26,488 bases of DNA from a virus: IMG/VR virus record IMGVR_UViG_3300042780_000023; one strand, 5' to 3'. The notes under the pieces are model-generated. The model ran no database searches and had not been told where the DNA came from. It worked only from the letters and a program-made list of their open reading frames with translations. The translations under genes and the position numbers were made by a program. Positions within the stretch are counted from its first letter, which is position 1, and each line of letters starts with the position of its first letter. Below are positions 17,202-25,792 of the stretch, one piece after another.

Positions 17202-17228
17202 AATTTAATTTACTTTTAGGAGGAAACC

Positions 17229-17834
17229 GTGATGCTTTACGGTGATTTATTAAGTATCAGGGCTTTAACAGGTTTAACGAGTGAAGACGTTAGCGATGAA
17301 GAGATTGCTCAGGTTATGCAGTTAGCTAATAGAATTGTGCTTAAGACTACTCAGGGAAAAATAATCAGAGAACAGCCAAGACAGCTAGGGAGCGATAGGT
17401 TAGTTTATCAAACTAATTATTATCCAGTTGCGGATACGGATGGAGATGGACAGGTTACGAGTAACGATATTAAAGTAGAAGCGTTAAACCCAATCGCAAG
17501 TTTTGATATGTGGCGAACTTTACAAATAGACCAAATAAATGCTGATTATGGACTTATAAAACTATTAAACGCTCCAGCAGATGGAGAAAGGGTATTTGTA
17601 ACATATTCATATATCCCTGATGGGATCACGAAAGAAGATTTAGATGATTTAGTTAATCTGCTTACTGCTCACATCCTCACTTTAAGACTGCAGAACCCAG
17701 ATACGGTTGCGATTACTGATTTAGGCGCTAATGAGCTTGTTATCAAAAAACAGGAGACTAAGTTCTTAGATGTGTATAAATTAAAACTAAACACAGTTAT
17801 GAGCATAAAATGGATGAGGAGTATTGAGCCATGA
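17229..17834 (+). CDS. Head-tail adaptor-like protein with inserted beta domain
   Basis: Position after the MCP. Helical N- and C-termini (DEEIAQVMQLANRIV; LDDLVNLLTAHIL) and an internal DTDGDG motif. Confidence 0.55.
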   Translation: MMLYGDLLSIRALTGLTSEDVSDEEIAQVMQLANRIVLKTTQGKIIREQPRQLGSDRLVYQTNYYPVADTDGDGQVTSNDIKVEALNPIASFDMWRTLQIDQINADYGLIKLLNAPADGERVFVTYSYIPDGITKEDLDDLVNLLTAHILTLRLQNPDTVAITDLGANELVIKKQETKFLDVYKLKLNTVMSIKWMRSIEP

Positions 17835-18268
17835 GTGATTATAGAGCTGAGTTAAAAACTAGGCTTAGTGGCATTACTTATACGGATAAATTAAACACAG
17901 TTCAAGCGGTAAACGTTTATTACGAGGAGGATCTAACGCAAGGGAAAGCAAGATTTAAAACACCCGCATTGATTATAAGGGGAATTCGACAGTTAATAGA
18001 CCCTATGGATATTGGTTGGAACTTATATGATGAGCTTTACGAGATTGATGTAACTTTATACTTAAAATTGCGGAGTGATAGTTATACTGCTTGGACTGTG
18101 AGGGAGGAAATTACTCATCAGATGATTTCTCTTGCGAAGCAGAATAAGGACGGGCTAACAGCTGATGATCTTTACTTAAAGCTCGTTGAAATTATTGATA
18201 GGAATTATTTGGAAGAAGTTGGAATTTTAAGGAGGGATTTTAGTTTTGAAATTTACAAGGAGGGATAA
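17831..18268 (+). CDS. Tail terminator / neck protein
   Basis: Position before the tail tube. VNVYYEE, TPALII and RRDFSFEI pattern. Confidence 0.5.
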   Translation: MSDYRAELKTRLSGITYTDKLNTVQAVNVYYEEDLTQGKARFKTPALIIRGIRQLIDPMDIGWNLYDELYEIDVTLYLKLRSDSYTAWTVREEITHQMISLAKQNKDGLTADDLYLKLVEIIDRNYLEEVGILRRDFSFEIYKEG

Positions 18269-18270
18269 GT

Positions 18271-19185
18271 TTGGCGTATCAATGGATAAAAATGGGCAAT
18301 ATAAGTAATAAAGGTGTTTATATCGGGCTTTTAGCAAAAGAAGACGATTTAACCATCGAAAAAGACTTAGAAGAAGAGTATTATATTCATTCAGTTCATC
18401 CATTAGAAGTAAGAAACGCAAAGGTAGCCCCTTCTGGGAGTATAACACTTCCGCTGAAACCAGAAGACGGCTTAGATGAATTACTTTACGCTTTCTTTGG
18501 GACTGTATCGACATCTTCGACATCTGAAACTGGTCCTTACACTCATACTTTCACAGTAAAAGAGAAAGATATCCCAGAATTTGAGATTATAAAAGCAATC
18601 GGCTCAATACAGGAGAAATATACTGGGTGTAAAGTTAGAAGTATCGAGATTTCAGCTAACGCAAGTGGAGAGTTTGAGGTTACAGTTGAAATAGTAGCAA
18701 AGAATGGACAGCAAGTTACAGGTGAAACAGAAGGAACTTATACGTTATCTAAGACTATGAAGGTCACATCCTCCTCAATCACGTGGGGAGGAATTGAATA
18801 TGGTATAGGCTCTGCAACAATTACACTTGAAAGAGATTTAGCAGAGGATGGCTTTTACTTAAATAGCGACGCTGGAAGGTCTGTAATTCCAGAAGGAAAC
18901 TTTAAAGCGAGTGTTAAGCTCGATGTTTTAGTAGATGACGTGACGTTTATCCAAGACTTTTTAGCAGGGACTACAAAATCATTAGCAATCACTTTCCAGA
19001 ATGCAGATGGACAGAGCCTTGTTATTAATATCCCAGTCGGGGTTATTGTTAGCAGGGCAAAATCCACTGATGTTGGCAAACAGCTTTTAGTTGAAGAAGT
19101 GGAGATAATTGGAATTGACGACGGCACAAACGGATCTGCATATGTTGAATTAACTAATTCTATCGCTTCATATCCGAGAACTTAA
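18271..19185 (+). CDS. Major tail tube protein
   Basis: 304 aa, beta-rich. SGSITL, YTHTFT, YTGCKVRSIEIS. No sheath gene nearby. Confidence 0.75.
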   Translation: MAYQWIKMGNISNKGVYIGLLAKEDDLTIEKDLEEEYYIHSVHPLEVRNAKVAPSGSITLPLKPEDGLDELLYAFFGTVSTSSTSETGPYTHTFTVKEKDIPEFEIIKAIGSIQEKYTGCKVRSIEISANASGEFEVTVEIVAKNGQQVTGETEGTYTLSKTMKVTSSSITWGGIEYGIGSATITLERDLAEDGFYLNSDAGRSVIPEGNFKASVKLDVLVDDVTFIQDFLAGTTKSLAITFQNADGQSLVINIPVGVIVSRAKSTDVGKQLLVEEVEIIGIDDGTNGSAYVELTNSIASYPRT

Positions 19186-19192
19186 TTAGTTA

Positions 19193-19211
19193 TTTTTTTA
19201 TTTTTTTATTT
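19193..19211 (+). terminator. T-tract terminator after tail tube
   Basis: tttttttatttttttattt. Confidence 0.5.
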
Positions 19212-19251
19212 CAAAATCCAAACTGTTTTTATAAAACAATTATGTAAAAGC

Positions 19252-19298
19252 ACTGACCTCCTCCCCGCCCTGAAGGGCGAGGCTTTCAAAAGAAAAAG
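19252..19298 (-). mobile_element. Orphan IS200/IS605 right-end hairpin, copy 3
   Basis: Minus strand reads ctttttcttttgaaagcctcgcccttcagggcggggaggaggtcagt. Confidence 0.75.
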
Positions 19299-19354
19299 GT
19301 ATTGCGTATTAGTTAATTATCCTAATAAGTAGAATAGGCTAACGACTATAAGGT
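19299..19354 (-). repeat. 56-bp repeat (partner of 3477-3532), abutting IS end copy 3
   Basis: 55/56 identity by direct comparison. Confidence 0.9.
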
Positions 19355-19376
19355 AAAATGAGAGGAGGAGATAAAA

Positions 19377-19661
19377 ATGGAGTTTATGGAATTTGAGTTT
19401 AACGGTAAAAAATACGTAGCAAGGGAGCCCAGCGGTTACCAACTATTAAAATTTACAGAAAAATACATGGATGATAACGGCGAAGTAAAGAGTAACGTAT
19501 CAAAAGCAGATATGATTATCGAGTTAGTAAATATGATTTTCGGTATGAGTATTGAAGAGCTTAAGAAAATGAAGTGGAGCGAATTACAGTTTTTAAACGA
19601 GAAAGCTAACGAGTATTTACAGCAAATTCTAAGCGGTGAGCTGGGAAAAAAGCAAGAATAA
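19377..19661 (+). CDS. Tail assembly chaperone (lambda G-like)
   Basis: Lies between the tail tube and tape measure genes and ends at a slippery site. Confidence 0.75.
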   Translation: MEFMEFEFNGKKYVAREPSGYQLLKFTEKYMDDNGEVKSNVSKADMIIELVNMIFGMSIEELKKMKWSELQFLNEKANEYLQQILSGELGKKQE

Positions 19662-19939
19662 TCGCAAAACAGCTTTTAAGCAATAAGCCTTATTTTTTTG
19701 CTGGTTCTGATAAGGACGCTTTTGCTATTTCTTTAAAGCTTCAAGCTATAATCATAGCTAAGTATTTCAATATTTCCCCAATTGAAGTTTTAAGCTGGAA
19801 ATATTCTGAAATGAGGGAGATAATAGAGCTTATTGAAATAATTGAAGAAGCTAATTCTGATAAAAATAACTCAAATAAGACGGTTTATGATGTTGAAGAA
19901 AGATTAAAAAGAGTAAAAGGCGAGGGAGATGGCGAATGA
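19643..19939 (+). CDS. Tail chaperone -1 frameshift extension (lambda GT-like)
   Basis: G GGA AAA at 19643-19649 is in the correct phase. The -1 frame is open to TGA 19937-19939 (KARIIAKQLLSNKPYFF...AKYFNISPIEVLSWKYSEMREII...GDGE). Confidence 0.8.
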   Translation, partial: GKKARIIAKQLLSNKPYFFAGSDKDAFAISLKLQAIIIAKYFNISPIEVLSWKYSEMREIIELIEIIEEANSDKNNSNKTVYDVEERLKRVKGEGDGE

Positions 19940-21758
19940 AACGTTAAAAGTTATCATTTCCGCACAGGATCAGGCTACAGGAGCAATAAGGAGAATAGCA
20001 GAGAGCTTAAAAGACCTAAAAGGGACGGCTATTTTAGCAGGAGCAGCATTGGGAGCATTAACCCTCAAAAAGAGTATAGACGCTTTTACGGATTTTCAGA
20101 GTGCTTTAAAACAATCAGTCGCTATTATGGGCGATGTTTCAGCAGAAATGGAAAAAGCGTTAGGTAAAAAAGCGTTAGAAATTTCAAATAGTCTGGCTGT
20201 AAGCCAAGAAGAAGTCGCAAGAGCTTATTATTACCTTGCCTCAGCTGGTTTATCAGCAAAAGAAGTTATGGAGAGCGTTACCGATGTTGCTAAACTTGCA
20301 GTTGCGGCTCATATGGATATGGCTGAAGCTACAGATATAGCAGTCAATACTATGAAAGCTTTTGGTTATGAAGCTAAGGATCTTTCAAAGATAAATGATA
20401 TCTTAATCGCTACTGTTACCAAATCAAATACAAACTTAGCCCAGTTGGGAGAAGCTATGAAATACGTTGCTCCTTTTGCAAAACAGGTTGGCTGGGAGCT
20501 TAGCGAAGTATCAGCCGCAATTGGTCTTCTTGCAGATAGAGGTATAAAAGGCTCACAGGCTGGAACTTATTTAAGACAAGCTATCGCTCAGTTAGTCGAC
20601 CCAACAGATAGCGCTAAGGAAGCGATTGAAAGATTAGGGCTTAAAGTGGAAGATTTAAACCCTGAAACTCACAGCTTAACAGAAATACTACAAAAGTTAA
20701 GCGAAGCCGGAGCTACAACCTCTGATATAATGCAGATCTTCGGCGTTAGGGCAGGCTCTGCAATGGCCGTTCTGATGCAAGTTGGAGCTCCAGCATTAGA
20801 GGATTTTAATAATAAACTTAAAGAGAGCTCAGGTATTACTGATGAAGTTATGGCAAAACAACAAGAAGCTTTTGGAGAACAATTCAAGATTTTAAAGAAC
20901 AATTTAACCTCGATTGCAATCACTATAGGGAGTGTCGTTGTCCCTGCCTTAAATTCCCTTCTCAATCCATTGTTAGAATTATTACAAGCGTTTAACTCAC
21001 TCCCAGAACCAATACAAAAGACAGCGGGAGCTATAATTGCATTAGGGTCTGCGTTAATGGTAGTTTTAGGAGTAGTAAAAGTAGTGTCTGGCGTTGCGGG
21101 GTTCTTAGGCTTAAGCGGAGCAATTAGTAGCATAGCGGGAGCAGTAAGTGGGGTTTTACCTGCCTTGGGAGCTTTAGCAGGAGCAATAAGCCTTCCAGTC
21201 CTTGCAATCGGGGCTTTAATTGCGGCTATTGGGTTATTGGTATTTAACGTTGGAGGAGCGAGAGATAAGTTAAAAGAGTATTTAGGGACAATAAAAGACG
21301 CTTTTGTTTGGGCGTTTAATACGATTGAAGAGAAAATGGTTAATTTTGCTTCTGATATGTATAATGCGGCTCTAAATATCGGGAGATCGATTTTAAATGG
21401 TATTAAAGACGGGCTTAGCAATATCTGGAACATAATAAAAGAGACATTAACGAACCCTATAAATCAGGCTATCGACTGGATTAAAGAGAAATTAAAGATA
21501 GGCTCACCTTCTAAAGTCTTCGAAGAAATTGGACAGAGCATAGTTGAAGGTTATGGAGCCGGGTTAAAGAGTATTCAAAAAATAAAGCCTGTTTTACCAG
21601 CGTTACAAGTTAAGCCAATGCCTACACCTGCCCAGGCAGGTGGAGGACAGGCTAATATCGTGATACGGCTTGAAGGAGTAGCTATACGAGAAGATAAGGA
21701 TATCGATAAGTTAGCAGAAGAAATTGAAAAGCGGATTGGGAGGAAACTTAGATGGTAG
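19929..21758 (+). CDS. Tape measure protein (TP901-type core)
   Basis: YYLASAG, LGEAMKYVAP, GIKGSQAGT and IGSPSKVF motifs, Ala/Gly-rich helices. Confidence 0.92.
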   Translation: MANETLKVIISAQDQATGAIRRIAESLKDLKGTAILAGAALGALTLKKSIDAFTDFQSALKQSVAIMGDVSAEMEKALGKKALEISNSLAVSQEEVARAYYYLASAGLSAKEVMESVTDVAKLAVAAHMDMAEATDIAVNTMKAFGYEAKDLSKINDILIATVTKSNTNLAQLGEAMKYVAPFAKQVGWELSEVSAAIGLLADRGIKGSQAGTYLRQAIAQLVDPTDSAKEAIERLGLKVEDLNPETHSLTEILQKLSEAGATTSDIMQIFGVRAGSAMAVLMQVGAPALEDFNNKLKESSGITDEVMAKQQEAFGEQFKILKNNLTSIAITIGSVVVPALNSLLNPLLELLQAFNSLPEPIQKTAGAIIALGSALMVVLGVVKVVSGVAGFLGLSGAISSIAGAVSGVLPALGALAGAISLPVLAIGALIAAIGLLVFNVGGARDKLKEYLGTIKDAFVWAFNTIEEKMVNFASDMYNAALNIGRSILNGIKDGLSNIWNIIKETLTNPINQAIDWIKEKLKIGSPSKVFEEIGQSIVEGYGAGLKSIQKIKPVLPALQVKPMPTPAQAGGGQANIVIRLEGVAIREDKDIDKLAEEIEKRIGRKLRW

Positions 21759-23290
21759 ATTATTCAACTCATATCACAGAGGGCGTAACGTTATCTGAAA
21801 CGCTTTCTTTTTCTCTTTTAAGCGATACGCTATCAGTACAAGAAAGCTTATTAAATTTACTTTCTACAGTTTTAAGCGATACGCTATCAATACAAGAAAG
21901 CTTATTAAATTTACAGGAATTACCGAGTAAAGTATATAAAAAACCCATCGCAACTTTCTATTTGGATGGCATAGAGAAAGGAATAAAGAGCTTTTCAATT
22001 AAGACAGACCTGAATGGAAGGGCTGAAGCAACAATAATTACATATGATGATACGATTACAGAGAGCGATATTTTAAAACCTGTCGAGCTCAAATTAACTG
22101 ATCAGCTTAATAATGCTACAATAACTTTATTTAAAGGAGTATTAGTTTCTTTTAGTGAAAATAAGCCTGACAATGAGCTTAGGCTTGAATGTAGGGGATT
22201 AGATTATTATCTTGAAAATGATCTATTTCTAACTTACGATGCTCAGGCTCAGACGGTAAACGGTGTTTTTGAATATAAGCAGACGAGAGCAGACGATATT
22301 GCGAAAGCTATCATTACCTCGACTCCTTTCACATTAATAGAGTGCCCGACTACTCCTATAAGCTTAAAATTCGATTATGAAAATAGATTAAGTGCTTTAC
22401 AGCTTATAGCAGAGATTTTAAACAAAATCCTCTGGATTGATAATAACTACGGCGTCCACATCGGAGATAATTCTGGATTATTTACAATAAACGAAATAAA
22501 AGCGAAGGAATTAACTAAAAGCGGAGATGAAACGTATAATAAGATTATCGTTATTGGAGGTAATGATGGGACTGGGAAAGTTCCAGTCGGAATCGCAGAG
22601 GATACAAATTTAATCGCTCAGCAAGGAGTTAAGGCTAAAAAGGTAAGTGTTCCACAGATACTAGATAAGGATACAGCATCATTATTAGCTAAAGCATACT
22701 TAGATACTTATAGGAATATTAATTATAATCTATCTCTACAGTTACCTGCAAAATTCAAAAACTACTTAATCAACATTGGTAATCAAATAACGGTTGATGC
22801 TATTAATTATATCGTATCTTCTTTAACCTTAACCGATAGTGAAATAACCTTAGAAGCAAATCCAGTAAGAGTCTATATTAATTTAAGGAACTATTTAGAA
22901 AGACAACTTAAGCAGATAGATACTGCTACTTCTTCAAGCACATTTTACAATGAAAGCCCCGAACTAATAGTCCTATACGAAAAACTAGACTTAGACCCGG
23001 CTTATTATGGTGGGGCTATCGCTAAGACGGTAGAAGTAGACGGGACAGAATACACAATTTTAAACGTAATGCATGTTTATATACCCGACACATTTACAAT
23101 AAGCGGCGGGGAGTTACGTATAAGATGGATAGGGGACGAATCACCAATATCTTTTAAAATAGTGGTCAATGGGATGTTATATAATATAAACTCGGATGGG
23201 ACGGCTACGGACGGGGATTATTTATATCATGTAGATATTCTGGCGGATTCATTAAAAACCGGATGGAATGATATTTATTTCGTTGAATAG
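21752..23290 (+). CDS. Tail tip / baseplate hub protein (gpD/Tal-like) with N-terminal repeats
   Basis: Follows the TMP. LFKGVL, LECRGLD, YNKIIVIGG pattern. Confidence 0.65.
   Translation: MVDYSTHITEGVTLSETLSFSLLSDTLSVQESLLNLLSTVLSDTLSIQESLLNLQELPSKVYKKPIATFYLDGIEKGIKSFSIKTDLNGRAEATIITYDDTITESDILKPVELKLTDQLNNATITLFKGVLVSFSENKPDNELRLECRGLDYYLENDLFLTYDAQAQTVNGVFEYKQTRADDIAKAIITSTPFTLIECPTTPISLKFDYENRLSALQLIAEILNKILWIDNNYGVHIGDNSGLFTINEIKAKELTKSGDETYNKIIVIGGNDGTGKVPVGIAEDTNLIAQQGVKAKKVSVPQILDKDTASLLAKAYLDTYRNINYNLSLQLPAKFKNYLINIGNQITVDAINYIVSSLTLTDSEITLEANPVRVYINLRNYLERQLKQIDTATSSSTFYNESPELIVLYEKLDLDPAYYGGAIAKTVEVDGTEYTILNVMHVYIPDTFTISGGELRIRWIGDESPISFKIVVNGMLYNINSDGTATDGDYLYHVDILADSLKTGWNDIYFVE
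21817..21914 (+). repeat. In-frame tandem repeat, period 54 bp
   Basis: 44-bp unit tttaagcgatacgctatca(g/a)tacaagaaagcttattaaatttac at 21817 and 21871 (LSDTLS[V/I]QESLLNL). Confidence 0.9.
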
Positions 23291-23302
23291 GGGGGAAATA
23301 AA

Positions 23303-23332
23303 GATGGTTAACAAAATGATGGTTAACAAAAT
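23303..23332 (+). repeat. 15-bp perfect tandem duplication
   Basis: gatggttaacaaaat x2. Confidence 0.9.
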
Positions 23333-23960
23333 TATAGCAGAGCTTATTATAAGGGGCTATTCAAAAGCGACCCCCAACGAAGACATTTTAGTAGAGAGTA
23401 CATACACCGAAAAATACCCCCCATGTGTTAGTTACACTTATGAAGAAAGAGCAAACACTTTAAGCGCTTTAGTTCGTTCGAATTATGAAAGCGGCGGTGT
23501 TAAATTTTGGTATTATCATAACTCTTTTGAAGAAGACCCACCAATTTTAACTTTATTAACGTTTTCGGGTGGTGCCGGTTATTTATCGTGGGGGTACACA
23601 CGAAAAGACAGTAACGACATTGATAGGCTAAATAACGACATTGATAGGCTAAATAAAGGGGTTTTAGAGATGCCTCCCGGTTCATTCATCCAATTAGGGG
23701 ATAACTCAAATTTGGTTTATGTTGATGATGCACGCATTTATTTGTTAGCATGCCCTGGCGACAAATTAAGGTTTGAGGTATGGGAGTACAACGTGGGATT
23801 ATACACTTCCGGAGAGATTGAAGGTTCGGGAGAATGGGCTAAAGTGGTTATTGCGTATGGGGGTCAAGGCGGAACTGCAGGGATTATTAAACTTTATGCG
23901 GACAGTAACAACAAAAATAAGATTTTTTTGGATGGGTTCAACTTTGCGGGGGTATTTTGA
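23304..23960 (+). CDS. Putative receptor-binding / tail tip protein
   Basis: Last structural gene, beta-rich with many aromatic residues. ATG 23304 follows a GGGGG RBS. Confidence 0.5.
   Translation: MVNKMMVNKIIAELIIRGYSKATPNEDILVESTYTEKYPPCVSYTYEERANTLSALVRSNYESGGVKFWYYHNSFEEDPPILTLLTFSGGAGYLSWGYTRKDSNDIDRLNNDIDRLNKGVLEMPPGSFIQLGDNSNLVYVDDARIYLLACPGDKLRFEVWEYNVGLYTSGEIEGSGEWAKVVIAYGGQGGTAGIIKLYADSNNKNKIFLDGFNFAGVF
23612..23656 (+). repeat. 21-bp perfect tandem duplication
   Basis: taacgacattgataggctaaa x2 (NDIDRLN NDIDRLN). Confidence 0.9.
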
Positions 23961-24241
23961 TGTTTAAAAACATAATATCAGAATTAACAAAAAAATGGAA
24001 AATTAGGCTTATTTTTTGGATTTTTGCCGGGGTAATTATCATTTTTTTGTTAAAAAATTACGGCTTAATTTGGGCTTTAATTTGGCTTTTATTTGCCGTT
24101 TTAGGGGATGAATTGATTAAAGAAGGATACGTGTTTAAGGTTAGGGATTTGGGCAAATTAACCCATGAAACAATAGCCGCCGTTATTGCTTTTATTATTT
24201 CAATTATCTGTGTGATAAGAAAAAGGGGGTTAAAGCGATGA
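23957..24241 (+). CDS. Membrane protein (holin-like position)
   Basis: Three hydrophobic segments and a basic C-terminus. Confidence 0.6.
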   Translation: MMFKNIISELTKKWKIRLIFWIFAGVIIIFLLKNYGLIWALIWLLFAVLGDELIKEGYVFKVRDLGKLTHETIAAVIAFIISIICVIRKRGLKR

Positions 24242-24414
24242 TATTCCCTGATATAGAAGATAAAGACCTTGCTATGGTTTGTTTACTAATTTTGGGCACC
24301 TTCATAATAGTTTACTATGGAAAAGATGGTAAGGACTTATTAGAATTAATAATAGTCGGCATTTTAGCACTAGCGGGTGATAGCTTAAAAAGAGTAGTAA
24401 AAGCAGTAAAATAA
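24238..24414 (+). CDS. Small 2-TM membrane protein (58 aa; not in ORF track)
   Basis: MIFPDIEDKDLAMVCLLILGTFIIVYYGKDGKDLLELIIVGILALAGDSLKRVVKAVK. ATGA overlap with the upstream gene and a GGGGGT RBS. Confidence 0.65.
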   Translation: MIFPDIEDKDLAMVCLLILGTFIIVYYGKDGKDLLELIIVGILALAGDSLKRVVKAVK

Positions 24415-24418
24415 AAAA

Positions 24419-24763
24419 TCAAAACTCAAACTCCTCTAAATCAACAACGTCGTCGAGATTAACTTCGTATGCGAACTCAACGTCAACCCTTTCAACAATA
24501 TCATTTAGATTCATTATAATATATGCAAACGCTGCTTCCGTGTTTCTTGCTATAGTATCTCTGATGAAATTCTCGAGCGTATAAAACTCATCGAAAATTC
24601 TTTTCAGCTGAGCTGAATCGAAGCTCAGTTCAACTCTTTCATCATCTACTTTCTTTACGTCGCAGTAGTTGAGCTCGTAGAAATACTCTGCGAGCTGGTC
24701 TGCATTGCAGTACACATTTTTCGCATTCAACACAACTTTCATCTTCATCTCCAACACCTCCAC
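24419..24763 (-). CDS. Hypothetical acidic early protein
   Basis: GGAGGTG RBS cassette. The true start may be ATG 24748 or 24742. Confidence 0.7.
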   Translation of the reverse strand: MEVLEMKMKVVLNAKNVYCNADQLAEYFYELNYCDVKKVDDERVELSFDSAQLKRIFDEFYTLENFIRDTIARNTEAAFAYIIMNLNDIVERVDVEFAYEVNLDDVVDLEEFEF

Positions 24764-24794
24764 TATTCTCTTTCAAAACTATTCTCTTTCAAAA
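24763..24794. repeat. 16-bp perfect tandem duplication
   Basis: ctattctctttcaaaa x2. Confidence 0.9.
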
Positions 24795-25183
24795 GGTGTT
24801 ATTACGTAGTGCCTCCTTTCCACTTTACTTACTTTTTTGTACCCCTCCTCCACCATCTCCATCATTTTATCTACGTCCCCCCAATCCAGGTCCACAACTT
24901 TGCCGTACTTGTTCACTCCACATATCCATATTGCATTGGGTATCCTCTGTGATACTGAATATTCTATGAGGCAGCATTCTGATATTTTTATTGCATCCCA
25001 GTACCCGTCTTTTAGTTTGTCTAGGAGTTTTTTGAAAATGTCTAAGTGCTCTGTAGCCTCGAATATAATGTAGAACCCTGTATTCAATGCCTTGCCTGCA
25101 CTCTTTTCCACAACCACATGTATATCCTCAAAGTTCCCAACTTTCCTAACTTCAAAATACTCCACCACTTCCAACACCTCCAC
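24779..25183 (-). CDS. Hypothetical early protein
   Basis: Downstream of the repeated promoter cassette. The start is probably inside the GTGGAGGTGTTGGAAGTG motif. Confidence 0.7.
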   Translation of the reverse strand: MEVLEVVEYFEVRKVGNFEDIHVVVEKSAGKALNTGFYIIFEATEHLDIFKKLLDKLKDGYWDAIKISECCLIEYSVSQRIPNAIWICGVNKYGKVVDLDWGDVDKMMEMVEEGYKKVSKVERRHYVITPFERE

Positions 25184-25192
25184 ATGTCTTCT

Positions 25193-25242
25193 TCAATATA
25201 TATTATGTTTCTAATGTTTATAAACTTTTCGGTCCATCACCC
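25193..25242 (-). promoter_or_regulatory. Repeated early promoter cassette, copy 1 (50 bp)
   Basis: Minus strand reads gggtgatggACCGAAAAG-TTTATAAA-cattagaaacataatatatattga. Identical to 25535-25584. Confidence 0.85.
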
Positions 25243-25522
25243 CGTCCACAGTCTCCACTGGGTCATCCCATGTGAGGGCAACCATCGCTGTTCCATCATC
25301 GAGTTCGTCGAAGAGTACTCCGTAAGCGTTTGGCGCCTCAGTGACGTCACTGAGCACTCTTGGTACTTCGTCGTAAGGGTCGTCATAGAGCTTCACAACC
25401 TTGTACTTCTCAAATAGGTCGGGAATCCAGACTATCTCCATATTACCACCTCCTATCTCCTTCGGCTCTGCACCATCTTTCTCAACTTCTACTCTTTTAT
25501 AAAGCGCCACCACTTCCAACAC
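25211..25522 (-). CDS. Hypothetical acidic early protein
   Basis: Flanked by the two 50-bp repeats. Its C-terminus (GVMDRKVYKH) is encoded by the repeat. Confidence 0.7.
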   Translation of the reverse strand: MLEVVALYKRVEVEKDGAEPKEIGGGNMEIVWIPDLFEKYKVVKLYDDPYDEVPRVLSDVTEAPNAYGVLFDELDDGTAMVALTWDDPVETVDGVMDRKVYKH

Positions 25523-25534
25523 CTCCTCGTTTTG

Positions 25535-25584
25535 TCAATATATATTATGTTTCTAATGTTTATAAACTTTTCGGTCCATCACCC
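25535..25584 (-). promoter_or_regulatory. Repeated early promoter cassette, copy 2 (50 bp)
   Basis: Identical to 25193-25242. Confidence 0.85.
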
Positions 25585-25585
25585 A

Positions 25586-25792
25586 TCACGCTCCTTTAGC
25601 TTTATTTCTCCTATCCTCAATTTCAAGCCCAATCAAGAATGCTCTTAACTCTCCGTAGTTTCTTGCTGAAAATACTACTATCTTGTCCTCATTTAAAACG
25701 ATATAAGCCCTCCCTATTCTTTCAAGAGCATAACCGTATTCTTGTAGCTTTTGTTTGTAGTATTCAAAAACTGCTTTTGAACGACGACCCAT
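25586..25792 (-). CDS. Small hypothetical protein
   Basis: TGATG overlap with the upstream gene. Flanked by 21-bp direct repeats at 25576-25596 and 25789-25809. Confidence 0.65.
   Translation of the reverse strand: MGRRSKAVFEYYKQKLQEYGYALERIGRAYIVLNEDKIVVFSARNYGELRAFLIGLEIEDRRNKAKGA

Noticed and set aside
3533-19298. Programmed invertible segment between the 56-bp inverted repeats
   Set aside because: No invertase is present and inversion would split the head/tail operon orientation. Kept only as a repeat observation.
25162-25584. Direct repeats as a viral mini-CRISPR array
   Set aside because: The units contain TATA/RBS, are separated by about 290 bp containing an ORF, and lack CRISPR repeat hallmarks.
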